Notes: a model not told the origin generated them from the letters alone. 64,000 bases of DNA from Candidatus Saccharimonadales bacterium (GCA_035280845.1 DATEFB010000025.1:740-64739), one strand, 5' to 3'. Shown: positions 25,802-35,330, counted from the first letter of the stretch. Translations and numbers: made by a program.

Positions 25802-26902
25802 TTAGCGTTGTGCGCGTGCCTTCTCGGGAACGAACGCCGGGCTGTTCAGTGCCGCAGCGAGGATCTGGTGGTGGTCTGTGGTGACGATGCCGTCCGCCCA
25901 AAACCGCGACGGAGCAGCGTTGAGCACCGGTTCGCAGAGGTCGATCTCGCCCCAGCGCCCGATGTCCGCGGGCAGGTACGGGACGGCCTCGATGCCGGTG
26001 TGGGCGATCGCATACCGCCCAACGTGGTCGCGCGGAACAAAACTCAGGTGGTGAGTCCGCTCGCCCGCTTGTGCCTTCAGGAGCAGGGACATGAGTTCGG
26101 CCGGGTGGAAGTCGTGGACATGCGCGGGCATGTTGCGCGGGCCCCACATGTGGGGCCACGCTGCTTCGTACATGTCAGCGATTTCTTCGAACGTCGAGGT
26201 TGTGGCTAGCGCGCGCAGCTCGTCTGCCGAATTGAACGCGAATGCCGGCAGCTTGGTGATGTCCGTCGGGACCATGTATACCGGTCCCGGGTAGTCGAAC
26301 AGCACACTGTGCGCTGCGCCCGCATCGCAGGTGGCGTTGAACTGGCGCCGTCCGCCAGCCAACACGTTGACGCCATTGGTGCCGAACATGCCGAGCTGTG
26401 CCGTGAGGATGCCGAACTTGCCATGCAGCAGAGGCTGCCGCATGAAGTACGCGACATCGGTCAAAGGCCCACCGCACACGAAGTGCAACGTGCCCGGGAT
26501 CTTCGAGAGCATGATGACAGCATCGTCGATCCCCCCTGCCAGCTGGTGGCCGGCGTGGGCGTCGTCGTAGATGTCAGTGACACGCTCATGGATATGCATG
26601 TAGTGCGGCACCGTGGTGTACGGTGCCCGGTTCCCCATGAAGACCGGGATGGTCTCGCGGTCGTGCCGTACCAGAATTCCCTTCGCGTGGAGGGCGTTGT
26701 CTCTGGTGACGGCCGACGTGGCGTATGGGTTGAATGCAAAGCTGGACACGCCACGTTCGGCACTGACGGGCCGGCCGGTCATGATGACTGCGACCACATT
26801 CATGCCGAAGTGCGCGCTCGTCGCCGCCAGGATGGCAGCGAAGTTGTCGGGGTCAGGGCCGTCAACGACGACCACAACATTGTGAGGTGCAGAAAACTCC
26901 AC
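25802..26902 (-). CDS. Nucleoside hydrolase (IUNH-fold)-like protein, GC-rich
   Basis: N-terminal acidic cluster VVVVDGPDPDNFAAILAA, GGPLTDVAYF (compare GPLTN), and GGRRQFNATCDAGAAHSVLF (compare GN..AEFN...DPEAA..VF). GTG start with GGAGG 7 nt upstream. Confidence 0.6.
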   Translation of the reverse strand: MEFSAPHNVVVVVDGPDPDNFAAILAATSAHFGMNVVAVIMTGRPVSAERGVSSFAFNPYATSAVTRDNALHAKGILVRHDRETIPVFMGNRAPYTTVPHYMHIHERVTDIYDDAHAGHQLAGGIDDAVIMLSKIPGTLHFVCGGPLTDVAYFMRQPLLHGKFGILTAQLGMFGTNGVNVLAGGRRQFNATCDAGAAHSVLFDYPGPVYMVPTDITKLPAFAFNSADELRALATTSTFEEIADMYEAAWPHMWGPRNMPAHVHDFHPAELMSLLLKAQAGERTHHLSFVPRDHVGRYAIAHTGIEAVPYLPADIGRWGEIDLCEPVLNAAPSRFWADGIVTTDHHQILAAALNSPAFVPEKARAQR

Positions 26903-26963
26903 TTGTGAGCCTCCAAAATTACGCCGGCCCCACAGCCAGCGATAATACTATAAACTAAAGATG

Positions 26964-27698
26964 TTATTTTCGCAACGACTCTTCAAGATGTGAAAGAGGG
27001 TCATACCATCCCTGCTCGAGCACGAATGCCTGGAACTTTTTGTCGAACCCGGTAACGATCATCAGACCAACCACAATAAACACGACAGCCATGGTTTTGT
27101 GGAACCAGCCTTTAGGGTTTGCAAGCCAGCCCAGCGCCTTGGTGATACGTTGCCCGGCAAAGGCAATCGCTAATAAAACAACCGTCAGCCCAAGCGTGTA
27201 AGCAACAAGGTACGTGAACCCCTCGCCAAACGTAACAGGCAAAATGCTGGCAACAATTAGCGCGTAGGTGGGGCTGCAACTGTTAAAAATCGGTCCCAGT
27301 GCCAGTCCAATTAATGCCGAGCCCGCAAGGCTTTTCTTTTTGTAGCCGGTGCCGGCAAGCTCGCTGGCTTTTTGGAACACGGGGATGTGGGCCGTGACCC
27401 GCGCCCAGACTTCTGGAAAAAGGAGTATCAGGCCAAACGCAACCACAATCCCGCCCGAGATGTATTGCCATATTTCTTGGGGCACGCCAAGCAGTGCGGT
27501 TGAAGCTTTAAGGAGTAGCGAGAAGATAATGACCGAGACCGCCAACGACCCAACAACTACCACCGGGTGTAGCCAGGCGGGGCGTGCGTCTTCGGCCGAT
27601 GCCGAGCTCCTGACTAAAATGACAGGCAGAATAGGGAGAATGCACGGCGCAAGAACCGTAAGCGCTCCGGCAACAAACGAAATTGGCAGAAGTTCCAT
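26964..27698 (-). CDS. ccdA: Cytochrome c biogenesis/thiol-disulfide transporter CcdA (DsbD TM domain family)
   Basis: LTVLAPCILPILP and a second Cys in NSCSPT. Six TM helices. Confidence 0.8.
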   Translation of the reverse strand: MELLPISFVAGALTVLAPCILPILPVILVRSSASAEDARPAWLHPVVVVGSLAVSVIIFSLLLKASTALLGVPQEIWQYISGGIVVAFGLILLFPEVWARVTAHIPVFQKASELAGTGYKKKSLAGSALIGLALGPIFNSCSPTYALIVASILPVTFGEGFTYLVAYTLGLTVVLLAIAFAGQRITKALGWLANPKGWFHKTMAVVFIVVGLMIVTGFDKKFQAFVLEQGWYDPLSHLEESLRK

Positions 27699-28177
27699 TA
27701 CAGCAGGTTCTCGATCAGCGCTTGCAGGTCTGGCTTGTTGTACGCGACATATTTTTTAACCAGTGCGCCGGTGTCATCTACTTTTACGAGCGTTGTTTGT
27801 ATGGTTACGCCATATTTTTTGCGCAGGGCCTGGTTGGAATCGTAGTCTACTTTAAAAATGGTTACGTCGGGTGGGATAGAACCGACTTTAATGCTTTTGT
27901 CGAGCTCGCGGCATTGCGGGCACCATGGCGCATGGAAAAAGATAACCTTGGTGCCACTTGTGGTTTTGAGCGCCTCATCGGAGTAATCGGCATAGACGCC
28001 CGGGGCTGGTTTGGATTCTTCGGTGGCAGGAGGCTGCTGCTGTGGTGTTGGCTGCGCCGCTATGGGCGCTGCCGAGGGCTGTTGCTCGGAAGGTTTCATT
28101 ATCATACTGCTCACTACGATTGCCGCAATGGCAACCACGACACCTGCGGCAATTGTTCCCACGAGCTTTTTGTTCAT
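27698..28177 (-). CDS. Membrane-anchored thioredoxin-fold protein
   Basis: WCPQC active site and an N-terminal TM anchor MNKKLVGTIAAGVVVAIAAIVV. I chose the ATG at 28177 because the longer track ORF overlaps the divergent MFS gene. Confidence 0.8.
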   Translation of the reverse strand: MNKKLVGTIAAGVVVAIAAIVVSSMIMKPSEQQPSAAPIAAQPTPQQQPPATEESKPAPGVYADYSDEALKTTSGTKVIFFHAPWCPQCRELDKSIKVGSIPPDVTIFKVDYDSNQALRKKYGVTIQTTLVKVDDTGALVKKYVAYNKPDLQALIENLL

Positions 28178-28219
28178 GCTTTCATTGTAACAAAACCCTG
28201 CAGAAGCTAGACTGACAGT

Positions 28220-29563
28220 ATGACGCGAAAGCCGTTTTTGACTTTGTTGGTGACTATTATTGGAAGCGGTGTCGTTTTGCTTGATGGCACGGTGGTAAAC
28301 CTGGCGTTGCCTGCACTCACAAAAGAGCTCGGCGCATCTTTTAGCCAATTGCAGTGGATTGTTGATGGGTTCCTATTATCACTCTCGGCCCTTATTTTGC
28401 TGGGCGGTTCGCTGGGCGACATTTTTGGCCGCAAAAAAGTGTATATGTTTGGGCTGGTCGGGTTTGGGCTGGCGTCGATCGCCTGTGGCCTTGCCCCTAC
28501 CCCAGAGTTTCTTATTGCGATGCGGGTGTTGCAGGGTGTGTTTGGCGCTTTGGTTGTTCCAGGCGGATTGGCAATTATTAACACAAACTTTACGGCATCT
28601 GACCGCAGTCGTGCCATTGGTCGCTGGGCGGCATGGTCCGGCATTGCCGCGGCGCTTGGGCCTCTGGTCGGCGGGTATCTTATTGATGCATTGTCATGGC
28701 GCTGGATATTCTTTATTAACGTGCCGTTCATTGTTGTGTGCCTGGTACTGGCCGCTGGCAACGTGCAGGAATCTGTGCGTGCAACTGGGCGCCGTGTAGA
28801 TATTGTGGGAGCTTCCCTGGCTATGGCCTTTCTGGCAGGGATTACCTACGGGTTAATCGAAGGCCCAGCAAGCGGCTGGGACGGATGGAGTGTGGGCGCG
28901 CTTGTTGCCGGTTTTGTATTGCTGGCCGCATTTGTGGTGGTCGAGCTAAAACGGCGCGATCCCATGGTTGACTTGCGCCTGTTTAAATCACGGAATTTTT
29001 CGGGCGCCAACATTATGACGTTTGCTATGTACGGCGCGCTGAGCGGTTTCTTTTTTGCCTTGGTGCTGTATTTGCAGAATGTACTCGGCTATACCAGTAC
29101 GATGGCCGGGTTGGTATTGCTGCCCGTAACGCTCTTCCTACTGTTCTTTTCGGGTAAGATGGGCGGCCTGACGGACACATTTGGTCCACGAATTTTTATG
29201 ACCATTGGCCCTGCGCTGGCTGGCCTGGGTATGTTGTTGCTGCTGCCGTTGGGGCCGGGCGCGAACATCTTTTTGCATGTTTTGCCGGGCATCGTGCTGT
29301 TTGGCATTGGCCTGGTGCTGCTGGTTGCACCGTTGACAGTAACTGTTATGTCGTCGGTCGACGACGCGCACTCTGGCATTGCATCGGGCATAAACAATGC
29401 TGTTTCCCGCGCTGCCGGGTTGATTGTCATTGCATTGTTGGGGCTGCTCGGGAGTGGCTCCTACCAGTTTAGTGTTGGACTATGTGCGGCTCTGGCGTTC
29501 TTTGCTGCTGCCGTTTCATTTTTGAGCATAAGGAATCCAAAAAAGCGTCCGCAAAAGGTATAA
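28220..29563 (+). CDS. MFS transporter, DHA2 (EmrB/QacA)-like
   Basis: LDGTVVNLALPAL, GGSLGDIFGRKKV (motif A), and about 13-14 hydrophobic segments. Confidence 0.8.
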   Translation: MTRKPFLTLLVTIIGSGVVLLDGTVVNLALPALTKELGASFSQLQWIVDGFLLSLSALILLGGSLGDIFGRKKVYMFGLVGFGLASIACGLAPTPEFLIAMRVLQGVFGALVVPGGLAIINTNFTASDRSRAIGRWAAWSGIAAALGPLVGGYLIDALSWRWIFFINVPFIVVCLVLAAGNVQESVRATGRRVDIVGASLAMAFLAGITYGLIEGPASGWDGWSVGALVAGFVLLAAFVVVELKRRDPMVDLRLFKSRNFSGANIMTFAMYGALSGFFFALVLYLQNVLGYTSTMAGLVLLPVTLFLLFFSGKMGGLTDTFGPRIFMTIGPALAGLGMLLLLPLGPGANIFLHVLPGIVLFGIGLVLLVAPLTVTVMSSVDDAHSGIASGINNAVSRAAGLIVIALLGLLGSGSYQFSVGLCAALAFFAAAVSFLSIRNPKKRPQKV

Positions 29564-29573
29564 TAAGAGCATT

Positions 29574-30359
29574 ATGATGACAGGCAAAAAAACAGTTATT
29601 TTCAGCATTGTAATGTTTTTGGCGGCGCTCGCCCTACTTGTTGCATATATGCGGGTAGTTACTCCATCGGGCATACAAAACCCGCGGCTCGAGCACGCGC
29701 ATGTTCGCATGCAATTATTTGTTGATGGCCAATCGGTTGATTTTGCTGACGAAAAGTTCCAGCGGCCAACACCTGCCGGCTGCACGGATGCACTGCCAGA
29801 AGAACCAATTCACTTCCATGACCGCAAGAACCAGTTTGTACACCTGCACTGGAAGGGCATGAGCGGCGGCCTAGTACTTAAGAATTACGGCTGGAACCTT
29901 ATTGGCGGCAAAACTGGCTTGTTGGGGTACCGCATGGACCGTTTGCCACTTATTCAGAACCGCGTGCCCATTTACGGAGATGTCCTTCCGAAGCTTTCCG
30001 AAGACGCCGAACTTTGGGTATACAGTGGCGATAAAAATGGGTTTGTCCGCCGGGAAGCGCATGATTTCCTGTTCAAGGATTTCGAGACATTCTTTAATGC
30101 AAAAAGCGCAGTCGGCACAACCGAACCCGACTTTTGGCGTGACATGCTGTTCGCCCGCGGTGCTGCTCACGAAGGCCATGACCACGCGGCAGAAGGCGCT
30201 ACGCAGCCCAAAACAAAGACCGAAGCCGAACTGAGCCGCATTAACAATTTGCTTGGTAACGTGGTTGTGTTCGCCCAAAAGAACAAGCCGGCCGACGTGC
30301 AGGTTAAAGACGCGTTTAACCGGCTCGAACCACTTAGCGAAAGCACCTGCGGCGGCTAG
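29574..30359 (+). CDS. Membrane-anchored hypothetical protein with His-rich motifs
   Basis: N-terminal TM anchor. Motifs IHFHDRKNQFVHLHW and AAHEGHDHAAEG. Family not recognised. Confidence 0.55.
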   Translation: MMTGKKTVIFSIVMFLAALALLVAYMRVVTPSGIQNPRLEHAHVRMQLFVDGQSVDFADEKFQRPTPAGCTDALPEEPIHFHDRKNQFVHLHWKGMSGGLVLKNYGWNLIGGKTGLLGYRMDRLPLIQNRVPIYGDVLPKLSEDAELWVYSGDKNGFVRREAHDFLFKDFETFFNAKSAVGTTEPDFWRDMLFARGAAHEGHDHAAEGATQPKTKTEAELSRINNLLGNVVVFAQKNKPADVQVKDAFNRLEPLSESTCGG

Positions 30360-30407
30360 CCATAAAAGCTGGTAAAAAATCCGGCCAGCCGTGTACAATG
30401 ACAGCAG

Positions 30408-31733
30408 ATGACGACACTCACCCAACCAACAATCCTTGTAATCGTCGGCATTTCCGGTGACCTTGCAAAGCGCAAGTTGCTTCCTGCCCTTAGCCAAATT
30501 GCCAGCTATCAAGCATTCCCCAAGAAGTTTAAGATCGTTGGATTGGTGCGCCGCAAGTTAACCGTTGAGGACGTTTTGCCTGATGGTGACCAGGAGTTCC
30601 TGCGTAAACACCTCGAACTGTACGAACTCGACATGACCGATACTGCACAGTATGTGCAGTTCGCTGAACGCCTAAAAGCTATCGAAAAAGAATTTGGCGA
30701 GACCGCGCAACGTTTATTTTACCTGGCAGTGCCACCACAGGTTTCGCAACCGCTTGTTGATTGCCTTGGCGAGTCTGGCTTGGCGCAGGTGCCTGACACA
30801 AAGTTGTTGCTCGAAAAGCCATTCGGCACCGACCTTGTGTCTGCTCAAGAACTTATTGAGGGTATTAAAAAGCACTTTACCGAAGAGCAAGTCTACCGCA
30901 TTGACCACTACCTCGCCAAAGAAACTGCCCAGAACCTGGTTGTGTTCCGCAGCGGCAATGCCCTGTTTAAGCGCAGCTGGAACAATAATTTTATTGAGCG
31001 CATCGATATTATTGCTGCCGAAAAAATCAGCGTTGAAGGCCGCGCTGGTTTTTATGAGCAAACAGGCGCCCTGCGCGATTTTGTGCAAAGCCACTTGTTG
31101 CAGCTGGCCGCGCTTACCTTAATGGAGCTGCCAAAGGCTGGCGCGTGGGACACGATTCCTCAAAAACGCCTGCATGCACTAAGCCAACTCAATATGCCCA
31201 CCAACGTGGTGCGCGGGCAATACGACGGCTACCGTAGCGAAGTCGGCAGCCCAAAGAGCCTGGTCGAGACATTCGTTTCGCTCACCCTGACTTCTAAGGA
31301 TCCGCGTTGGTGGGGTGTGCCAATTACGCTGACAACGGGCAAGTCGCTCAACGATAAAGCGTCCGAAATTCGAATTACATTCAAGCGCGAAGACCTGGGT
31401 GAGGCCAACCAGCTTGTATTGCGGCTTCAACCGAACGAAGGAATTGAATTATATCTGTGGGCAAAACGCCCTGGTTACGAACGCGAACTGCAACATGTCA
31501 CGCTCGATTTTTCGTATCAGCAACATTTTGCTGGTGCCGCCCTACCCGATGCGTATGAACGGGTGTTTATGGATGCCATGCGTTCCGACCGCAGCTTGTT
31601 CACAACAAGTGACGAAGTTCTCGAAACTTGGCGCGTGCTTGACCCAATCCAGCACTCATGGGAGATGCACACCGACGACCTTATTATGTACAAGCCGGGC
31701 AGCACTATTGAAGATGTCATGGGGAAGGCCTGA
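30408..31733 (+). CDS. zwf: Glucose-6-phosphate 1-dehydrogenase (short form)
   Basis: GISGDLAKRKLLPAL dinucleotide motif and the RIDHYLAKE active-site motif. Confidence 0.9.
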   Translation: MTTLTQPTILVIVGISGDLAKRKLLPALSQIASYQAFPKKFKIVGLVRRKLTVEDVLPDGDQEFLRKHLELYELDMTDTAQYVQFAERLKAIEKEFGETAQRLFYLAVPPQVSQPLVDCLGESGLAQVPDTKLLLEKPFGTDLVSAQELIEGIKKHFTEEQVYRIDHYLAKETAQNLVVFRSGNALFKRSWNNNFIERIDIIAAEKISVEGRAGFYEQTGALRDFVQSHLLQLAALTLMELPKAGAWDTIPQKRLHALSQLNMPTNVVRGQYDGYRSEVGSPKSLVETFVSLTLTSKDPRWWGVPITLTTGKSLNDKASEIRITFKREDLGEANQLVLRLQPNEGIELYLWAKRPGYERELQHVTLDFSYQQHFAGAALPDAYERVFMDAMRSDRSLFTTSDEVLETWRVLDPIQHSWEMHTDDLIMYKPGSTIEDVMGKA

Positions 31734-32480
31734 ATGGTCAAACTTGTTGGTATTTTGAATATTACGCCGGACAGTTTTAGTGACGGTGGTAAATTCGTAG
31801 ACCCAGCAGCGGCACTTGCCCAGGCAGAGCAGCTTTTTAAAGATGGAGCCAGCCTGGTAGATGTTGGCGCAGAAAGCACCCGTCCAGGTGCGACTCCGCT
31901 TACCGCTGACGAAGAGTGGGCGCGGCTCGAGCCAGTACTAGGCGAGCTGGTGCGGCGCTATCCTGGAAAGATTTCACTCGATACGTACCATCCCGAAACC
32001 GCCGAACGGGCATTGGCTCTCGGCGACGTTATCATAAATGACGTCACCGGCATGAACAACCCGGCGATGGTAGATGTTGTAGCGCGGCACCGAGCCCGAT
32101 GTATCGTGAGTCATCTGCCGAGCACCGATGTGCAGGCCGCACACTACCAACAACTCATCGATGATATAGAGATTGTTAAGAACGACCTGCTGGCCAAGCT
32201 TGCCTTACTTGGCGACAGGGGCCTACCGCCCGAAAACATTATCCTCGACCCAGGTATTGGCTTTGGCAAGACGTCGGGCCTCAATGGTGCACTTCTCTCG
32301 TTTGCCCGGCTTGTCCCGGGGCACGATGTTATGGTCGGATATTCGCGAAAGCGGTTTTTGGGTGAGGACCGTATGTTGCTCGGCCCTAACCTTAAAGCGG
32401 GCCGCACAGCCATTGCTTCGGGCGCCGCCTACATACGCGTCCATGATGTCGCCGGACATAACCAACTTTTGTTAAGTTGA
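31734..32480 (+). CDS. folP: Dihydropteroate synthase
   Basis: GILNITPDSFSDGG, VDVGAESTRPGA and DPGIGFGK motifs. The start abuts the zwf stop. Confidence 0.85.
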   Translation: MVKLVGILNITPDSFSDGGKFVDPAAALAQAEQLFKDGASLVDVGAESTRPGATPLTADEEWARLEPVLGELVRRYPGKISLDTYHPETAERALALGDVIINDVTGMNNPAMVDVVARHRARCIVSHLPSTDVQAAHYQQLIDDIEIVKNDLLAKLALLGDRGLPPENIILDPGIGFGKTSGLNGALLSFARLVPGHDVMVGYSRKRFLGEDRMLLGPNLKAGRTAIASGAAYIRVHDVAGHNQLLLS

Positions 32481-32538
32481 CATTTCTACTACAAGGCGTA
32501 TATTCAATTGAGTCGATTGAGCCTTAGGAAGGTGTGAC

Positions 32539-32805
32539 ATGTACGATCCTGCATCAGGCAGGCAAGTTGATCATGTCCCGAGTACCAACGGCGACATCTC
32601 CGATCCTGATAGGCGCTTCAAGCGCGGGTTCGGCGTGTTTGCCATCGTGGTCCTGCTGGTAGTCAGTGTGGCGAGCAGATTCAATCCCGCTGCAATGCTC
32701 GTCGCCACAGCGGGAGTCGTCGCGATCTTGGCGGGGATCTTCTCGTTGTCGATCTACGACGACCGCCGCATGCTGCGCAGGCATGCGGATCGCTACCGGC
32801 GCTGA
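32539..32805 (+). CDS. Small two-TM membrane protein, GC-rich
   Basis: AGGAAGG Shine-Dalgarno 7 nt upstream. Two hydrophobic helices, an Arg-rich C-terminus and strong GC3 bias. Confidence 0.5.
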   Translation: MYDPASGRQVDHVPSTNGDISDPDRRFKRGFGVFAIVVLLVVSVASRFNPAAMLVATAGVVAILAGIFSLSIYDDRRMLRRHADRYRR

Positions 32806-32813
32806 TCGATCGC

Positions 32814-32842
32814 GGCCGGGGGTACGTACTGTGCCCCCGGCC
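32814..32842 (+). terminator. GC-rich terminator-like hairpin
   Basis: GGCCGGGGG - 11 nt - CCCCCGGCC, a perfect 9-bp stem, 9 nt after the stop. Confidence 0.5.
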
Positions 32843-32984
32843 CACCCTTTTATATGCTATGTCGAAATATGACTGGCGTTTTTGGAGCGAATGCCCTAAA
32901 ATATCATGTTCACGTTCAAACGAGCTCATGCTATTATTGAGCCTATACAATAAGCGTAACCAACAATAGTAGACCTCAAAGAAC

Positions 32985-33527
32985 ATGGCTCGTTTACCGC
33001 AACCTGGTGGTGATAATGGTGCATGGGGAGATATCCTCAATGATTTTTTGGGTGTCGAACACAATACTGACGGTACGCTAAAAGACACGGGTAGTCTCTC
33101 TGCAAAAGCCGACGATGCCGATGTTGTGCATAATTCTGGCGCAGAAGCTATTACTGGCACCAAATCATTCAGCGCCTCCCCTGTTGTTCCAACCCCGACT
33201 GCCAGTGGACATGCTGCTACTAAGCAGTATGTTGACACGGCCGCAGGTACGCACAGCGTTGCAGTGAAGACATCGGCATACATTGTTACTCCGGCCGATG
33301 AAGTTATTTTGGCTAACGCGAGCGGAGGAAGTTTTGCGGTGACGCTCCCGACGGCGATTGGCAGTGCACGTGCTTTTAGTGTCAAAAAGACAGACGCCTC
33401 GGCCAGCACAGTGACTGTTAATACGACACTGGGGCAAACAATCGATGGCGGCACTACTGCAGTGCTGCGAGTTCAATACGAAAGCATAACGGTTGTCTCT
33501 GACGGGGCGAACTGGTTTATAATCTAG
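32985..33527 (+). CDS. Short phage-tail-fibre-like protein, paralogous N-terminus to 5858-6886
   Basis: MARLPQPGGDNGAWGDILNDFLGVEHNTDGTLK, then GTKSF..PVVPTPT..HAATKQYVD. Confidence 0.65.
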   Translation: MARLPQPGGDNGAWGDILNDFLGVEHNTDGTLKDTGSLSAKADDADVVHNSGAEAITGTKSFSASPVVPTPTASGHAATKQYVDTAAGTHSVAVKTSAYIVTPADEVILANASGGSFAVTLPTAIGSARAFSVKKTDASASTVTVNTTLGQTIDGGTTAVLRVQYESITVVSDGANWFII

Positions 33528-33536
33528 GGGGAAATC

Positions 33537-33992
33537 ATGAGTTACCATCCGAACAATCCAAACGGCCAGGCAACATCGGCGAACTCTGCACCAGTCGTTC
33601 TTGCCAGCGACCAGTCGGCCATACCGGTGGCGGCGAGCAACCTGACACTCGGAGCCAATACTGCCTCTGGCTGGTCGGCCAATTCGCAGACAGCACTCTC
33701 GAACACAAAGGTGGCCGTAAAAGCGTCAGCCGGTAATTTTGGTGGGTACATGGTATACAATCCTAATCCTGCCGCCACCTATATTCAGGTGTTCGACGTC
33801 GCTAGCGGCAGCGTAACCCTTGGCGTGACTGCTCCAACGTACGTTATTACAATCCCTCCAGCATCTGGCGCAAATGTTGAATTTACCCTTGGTATTACCC
33901 ACGCCACAGCGATTACCCTTGCCGCAACAACAACAGCCACGGGCAGCGCGGCGCCGGCATCGGCATTAACCGGCTTCTTCTTGTACAAGTAG
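33537..33992 (+). CDS. Hypothetical beta-rich protein (151 aa)
   Basis: Starts 9 nt after the preceding stop. Ala/Thr/Ser-rich with no signal peptide. Family not recognised. Confidence 0.55.
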   Translation: MSYHPNNPNGQATSANSAPVVLASDQSAIPVAASNLTLGANTASGWSANSQTALSNTKVAVKASAGNFGGYMVYNPNPAATYIQVFDVASGSVTLGVTAPTYVITIPPASGANVEFTLGITHATAITLAATTTATGSAAPASALTGFFLYK

Positions 33993-33995
33993 CGT

Positions 33996-35330
33996 ATGGC
34001 TGTTGCTTATCGGTCATCAGTATCCACGAACACCGGGGCGGCTGCGGCTGCCAGCTTGCAGTTGAACTTACCTGCGGGCATTCAGGTGAACGACATTCTT
34101 ATTGCAGCGTTCTCGGTTGATGGCGGCACCGCGTCTACAATAACTCCACCGTCGGGCTGGACGATCTTGCAAAGCGTTACTCAGGGCACGAACACCCGCT
34201 TGTCTGTGTATTACCGTATTGTTACGGGGTACGATGCGGCCAACTACACCTGGACGTTCGATGTGGCGCGATTTGCGTCGGGATCGATCGTGGCGTATTC
34301 AGGAGCCAGCATTTATGCGCCAGCTGCCTTTGCAAACGCCCTTACGGCAAGTGCAAGTACTACCGTTACTGGCGCAGGCCCCAATAGCACATACGAAACT
34401 GGCCGGGGGCTGCAGATTTGCGCCACTCGCAACACAACCGCCGTAACAACGCTTACTTCAACCGGCAGTTTTGCGAAGCGCGAAGAAACATCTACCACTG
34501 CTACGACATTCATGGGGGTTATGGTGCAAGACACCGGCAAGGGTTTGCCGATTGGCGGTTTAGCCAATAATAACTGCACCTCTACCCAGAGCGTGACGGG
34601 CCTCTGCTGGTCGGTATTTATAGAAGAGGCGCGCCCAGGTTTTGCGATTCTTGGCGAGGACGAATTTATTTGTGGCAGTCAGACTACGCCAGTTACTACC
34701 ACTAACACAGCACTTTTACAGACCAATGTGCCAAACTGCCTGATCCTTGCCTTTATTATGATCAACAAAGACGTCGCAACGGTTTCGAGCATTACTGGTG
34801 GCGGTCTAACCTGGGCGCTTGTAGGCCGTTCCAACGCGAACGCCGGATCTACCGAGATCTGGCGGGCGTTTGCAGCCGCACCGCTTCCACCCACGTCACT
34901 GCTTATTACCTATTCGCAGAGTGTCACGAGCCTGAACCAGATATTTGCAGCGATTCAGGGCGCAGACATGACTGGTGCAAATGGGTTGGGCGCTATTGGT
35001 TCGTTTGTTACGGGTTCTACCACGGCTGCCGCGGCCAGTATTGGCGTTACGACTACTCGCGACAACTCTTGGGTGTGGGCTGCTGCCAGCATGGGCAACG
35101 CCGCACCAGGCACTATAACCCCAGGTAGCAACCAGACAATCTTGCGAAGCCAGACTGATTCGGCAAACGCTGCAGGCAGCTGGGTGTGGCGGCAAAACGC
35201 CCTGACACCAACCAATGGCACAGTTGTTACAATGAACTGCTCGGCGCCTGCCAATGGCAACTGCAATATTGCAGCTGTCGAAATTCTACCCGCCATCCGG
35301 AAGCCTAACGCAAGTCTGGGTGTTGGCTAG
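33996..35330 (+). CDS. Hypothetical protein with an internally duplicated beta-rich domain (444 aa)
   Basis: Starts 3 nt after the preceding stop. The two halves share a pattern: NDILIAAFSVDGG..ITPPSGWTIL versus NCLILAFIMINKD..ITGGGLTWALV. Confidence 0.55.
   Translation: MAVAYRSSVSTNTGAAAAASLQLNLPAGIQVNDILIAAFSVDGGTASTITPPSGWTILQSVTQGTNTRLSVYYRIVTGYDAANYTWTFDVARFASGSIVAYSGASIYAPAAFANALTASASTTVTGAGPNSTYETGRGLQICATRNTTAVTTLTSTGSFAKREETSTTATTFMGVMVQDTGKGLPIGGLANNNCTSTQSVTGLCWSVFIEEARPGFAILGEDEFICGSQTTPVTTTNTALLQTNVPNCLILAFIMINKDVATVSSITGGGLTWALVGRSNANAGSTEIWRAFAAAPLPPTSLLITYSQSVTSLNQIFAAIQGADMTGANGLGAIGSFVTGSTTAAAASIGVTTTRDNSWVWAAASMGNAAPGTITPGSNQTILRSQTDSANAAGSWVWRQNALTPTNGTVVTMNCSAPANGNCNIAAVEILPAIRKPNASLGVG

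Noticed and set aside
32681-33454. A 257-aa minus-strand ORF opposite the short tail-fibre-like gene.
   Set aside because: The plus-strand frame carries the conserved MARLP..WGD.LNDFL module shared with 5858-6886. The minus frame is Ser/Ala/Cys-rich with no motifs.
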